Notes under the pieces: generated by a model
What the model saw: only the letters and a program-made list of their open reading frames with translations
Told to the model about the DNA's origin: nothing
Databases searched by the model: none
Virus record (IMG/VR): IMGVR_UViG_3300025644_000002
DNA from: a virus
Taxonomy: Duplodnaviria > Heunggongvirae > Uroviricota > Caudoviricetes
DNA length: 64,000 nt
Direction: 5' to 3' (one strand)
Shown: positions 62,007-64,000 of the stretch, piece after piece
Numbering within the stretch: position 1 is the first letter of the stretch
How the letters are laid out: each line of letters opens with the position of its first letter
Program-made: the position numbers and the translations under genes

Positions 62007-62372
62007 ATGACACAAGATTATGAACCAACCTATAATTTTACAACAGACACAGAAGAACTATTAGAAAACGATTTAAAAAGGCCGAATTTTCGAATTACGG
62101 CTTGCTGTTTTACTTGTAGATTCTTCTTTTATAGAAGTACAATGTTTAGAAATGGTTGGTGTACCGTGCCGGATATTCAGTTAAAAAGAAAATATTCTAA
62201 GGCTGTAGATGCCGATACGAAATTTAAACCCCCTCTTCAGAAAACCTCTGCTTGGTGTTCTTGCGATTACCATAGATTTAAACATAAGTCATTTATATTT
62301 GGACCAACATCTCGCTGGACCGAGATGCTATCAGATAAAGATGGTCATTTATATGAAGAGGAAGCTTATTAA
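62007..62372 (+). CDS. Cys-rich hypothetical protein
   Basis: CCFTC...GWC...CSCDYH. Confidence 0.55.
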   Translation: MTQDYEPTYNFTTDTEELLENDLKRPNFRITACCFTCRFFFYRSTMFRNGWCTVPDIQLKRKYSKAVDADTKFKPPLQKTSAWCSCDYHRFKHKSFIFGPTSRWTEMLSDKDGHLYEEEAY

Positions 62373-63856
62373 TGGAAAAACATATAATAAGATTTTTAAA
62401 TAAAATGGGATTCAAAGCTTGGGTTTGTGGGGGAGCTGCTAGAGATTTATACATGCAGAAGATACCAACAGAGTGGGATATCGCAGTACAAGGCACTTTA
62501 GCACAAATAAAAACGAAATTAGCTTCCAGGATAACATCCATTAGCACCTATGACACCTCGATTACAATACAATATAATGATACTAAATTTATACTATATC
62601 CACTAAAAAAGGTAACATTATCTAATACATATTATAACTACGAATTTACAAGTAGTTTATTAGAAGATTCTAATTCAAGAGACTTTACTATTAATAGTTT
62701 ATACTATGAGCCTATAACAGAAGAGTGGATAGATTTTCACAACGGAATAAGTGACATACATGATAAAATTATTAAGTTTGTTGGCGATGGTGCAACTAGA
62801 ATATTGGAATCTAAAATAAGGATTTTAAGATGTGCTGTACTTCATAGTTTGTTAGGATCTGAATGGAAGATAGAGGAGGAAACAGTTAAGAGTATAAAAG
62901 AGCATCGATTGAAAATAAGTACGGTACACTCTCAACAACTTCGATCTGAATTAGAAAAACTGTTCACCCGCAGTGAGGTTCCAAGTAACTTTTTTAATAC
63001 AATAAGACAGTTAGGGATTTCTGATCAAATACTTCCAGAGTACACCCATACATACGGCATACCCCAAAGCAACAAAAAAGAAGGCTTAACCTTAGATAGG
63101 CATATTATGTATGCCCTTGATTCTGTAAAAATAGGTCGCCCAAATACTTTAATATTAAGATTGGCGGCGTTATTGCATGATATAGGTAAACCTCAAACCC
63201 AAATTATAACTGATACTGGCTTACATTTTTATTCACATGAAAATGTTGGAGCAATTTTAGCTGAACGTATTTTATACAGATGGGGATTTCCAAAGAAGCT
63301 TTCACAAAAAGTAGTCTTACTTGTTAAAAATCATTTATTTAATATCGTAGCTTGCAAATCGAGCGCTTCCTTAAAGAAATTTATTGGTAGAGTTGGAGAA
63401 GATAACATACACGATTTATTAGATTTACGGATAGCGGACAGATGGGGCACCGGTAGGAAAGATATTAAAATGACGAGAGTCGAGCAGTTACGTAGTAGAA
63501 TAAATGCCCATTTAGCTGTAGTAGCCCCAGAGAAATTTATGTTGAAAATTAGCGATGAAGATCTAAAATCTTTACTATCTAATTATACTGAATTCCCTGA
63601 AAAAGCTTTAAAAGAGGTAAAGAGATATTTAGAATACAAGGTATTATACGGGAAACTTTATAATAAGAAACCTAATCTAAAAAAAGCTTTTTACAAAATA
63701 AACAAAATTGACTGTCCCTTAGATAAAGAACATTTATTTAAAACGTGGGCAACTCTACAAACTAAGTCTGCGGATCTATTTACTGATGGTAAATTAAAAT
63801 GTGGATTATTTTGCAATTTTAAATGTAATTCACTAAGAAACGAACAAAAATTTTAA
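62372..63856 (+). CDS. cca: CCA-adding enzyme / poly(A) polymerase family with HD domain
   Basis: CGGAARD, EWD (DxD variant), RDFTINS, RILR, LHDIGKP, HENVGA. Confidence 0.85.
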   Translation: MEKHIIRFLNKMGFKAWVCGGAARDLYMQKIPTEWDIAVQGTLAQIKTKLASRITSISTYDTSITIQYNDTKFILYPLKKVTLSNTYYNYEFTSSLLEDSNSRDFTINSLYYEPITEEWIDFHNGISDIHDKIIKFVGDGATRILESKIRILRCAVLHSLLGSEWKIEEETVKSIKEHRLKISTVHSQQLRSELEKLFTRSEVPSNFFNTIRQLGISDQILPEYTHTYGIPQSNKKEGLTLDRHIMYALDSVKIGRPNTLILRLAALLHDIGKPQTQIITDTGLHFYSHENVGAILAERILYRWGFPKKLSQKVVLLVKNHLFNIVACKSSASLKKFIGRVGEDNIHDLLDLRIADRWGTGRKDIKMTRVEQLRSRINAHLAVVAPEKFMLKISDEDLKSLLSNYTEFPEKALKEVKRYLEYKVLYGKLYNKKPNLKKAFYKINKIDCPLDKEHLFKTWATLQTKSADLFTDGKLKCGLFCNFKCNSLRNEQKF

Positions 63857-63868
63857 TCATACCATTAT

Positions 63869-64000
63869 ATGGATTTAAAAGTATTTAAACAATTATTTGT
63901 TCATCGGGCTGACATATATTCCGTACAATCCCCTAAGGGTATGTATTTTCCGGTTAAAGAAGAAATAGACGACGAGATAATAAATGCGCATTTAAAAGGG
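63869..64000 (+). CDS. AEP-type primase-like protein, 3'-truncated
   Basis: FKQLFVHRADIYSVQ...YFP...IINAHLKG. Confidence 0.5.
   Translation, partial: MDLKVFKQLFVHRADIYSVQSPKGMYFPVKEEIDDEIINAHLKG

Overview
64 kb fragment of a large AT-rich tailed dsDNA phage, probably a jumbo myovirus (gp25-like and baseplate-J-like genes, tape measure, portal-like gene). Plus-strand blocks (1-9.3 kb, 16.8-19.6 kb, 21.1-26.9 kb, 59.6-64 kb) carry five ordinary tRNAs, a tmRNA, UDG, thioredoxin, a retron-type reverse transcriptase operon, a glycosyltransferase cluster (one gene with an atypical intein), an SF2 helicase, peptide deformylase and a CCA-adding enzyme. On the minus strand the ORF track is fragmented because UGA is read as Trp. 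Joining at TGA restores PhoH, a 2019-aa fused beta/beta-prime RNA polymerase, a sigma-70-like factor and the whole tail/baseplate module. A matching UCA-anticodon tRNA with an unusual long variable arm sits in a lysis/portal unit that is almost free of TGA. The most unusual part is the 1.5 kb non-coding stretch at 19.6-21.1 kb. It holds a textbook retron msr-msd RNA placed 1.3 kb downstream of its RT, a second msr-like unit with a covarying hairpin, a ~70-bp imperfect stem, and a ~500-bp GC-rich island with 33 six-base palindromes (28 distinct restriction sites). Together these suggest a possible RT-linked anti-restriction decoy system, which remains a hypothesis. All family assignments come from motif recognition by eye; no database searches were run.
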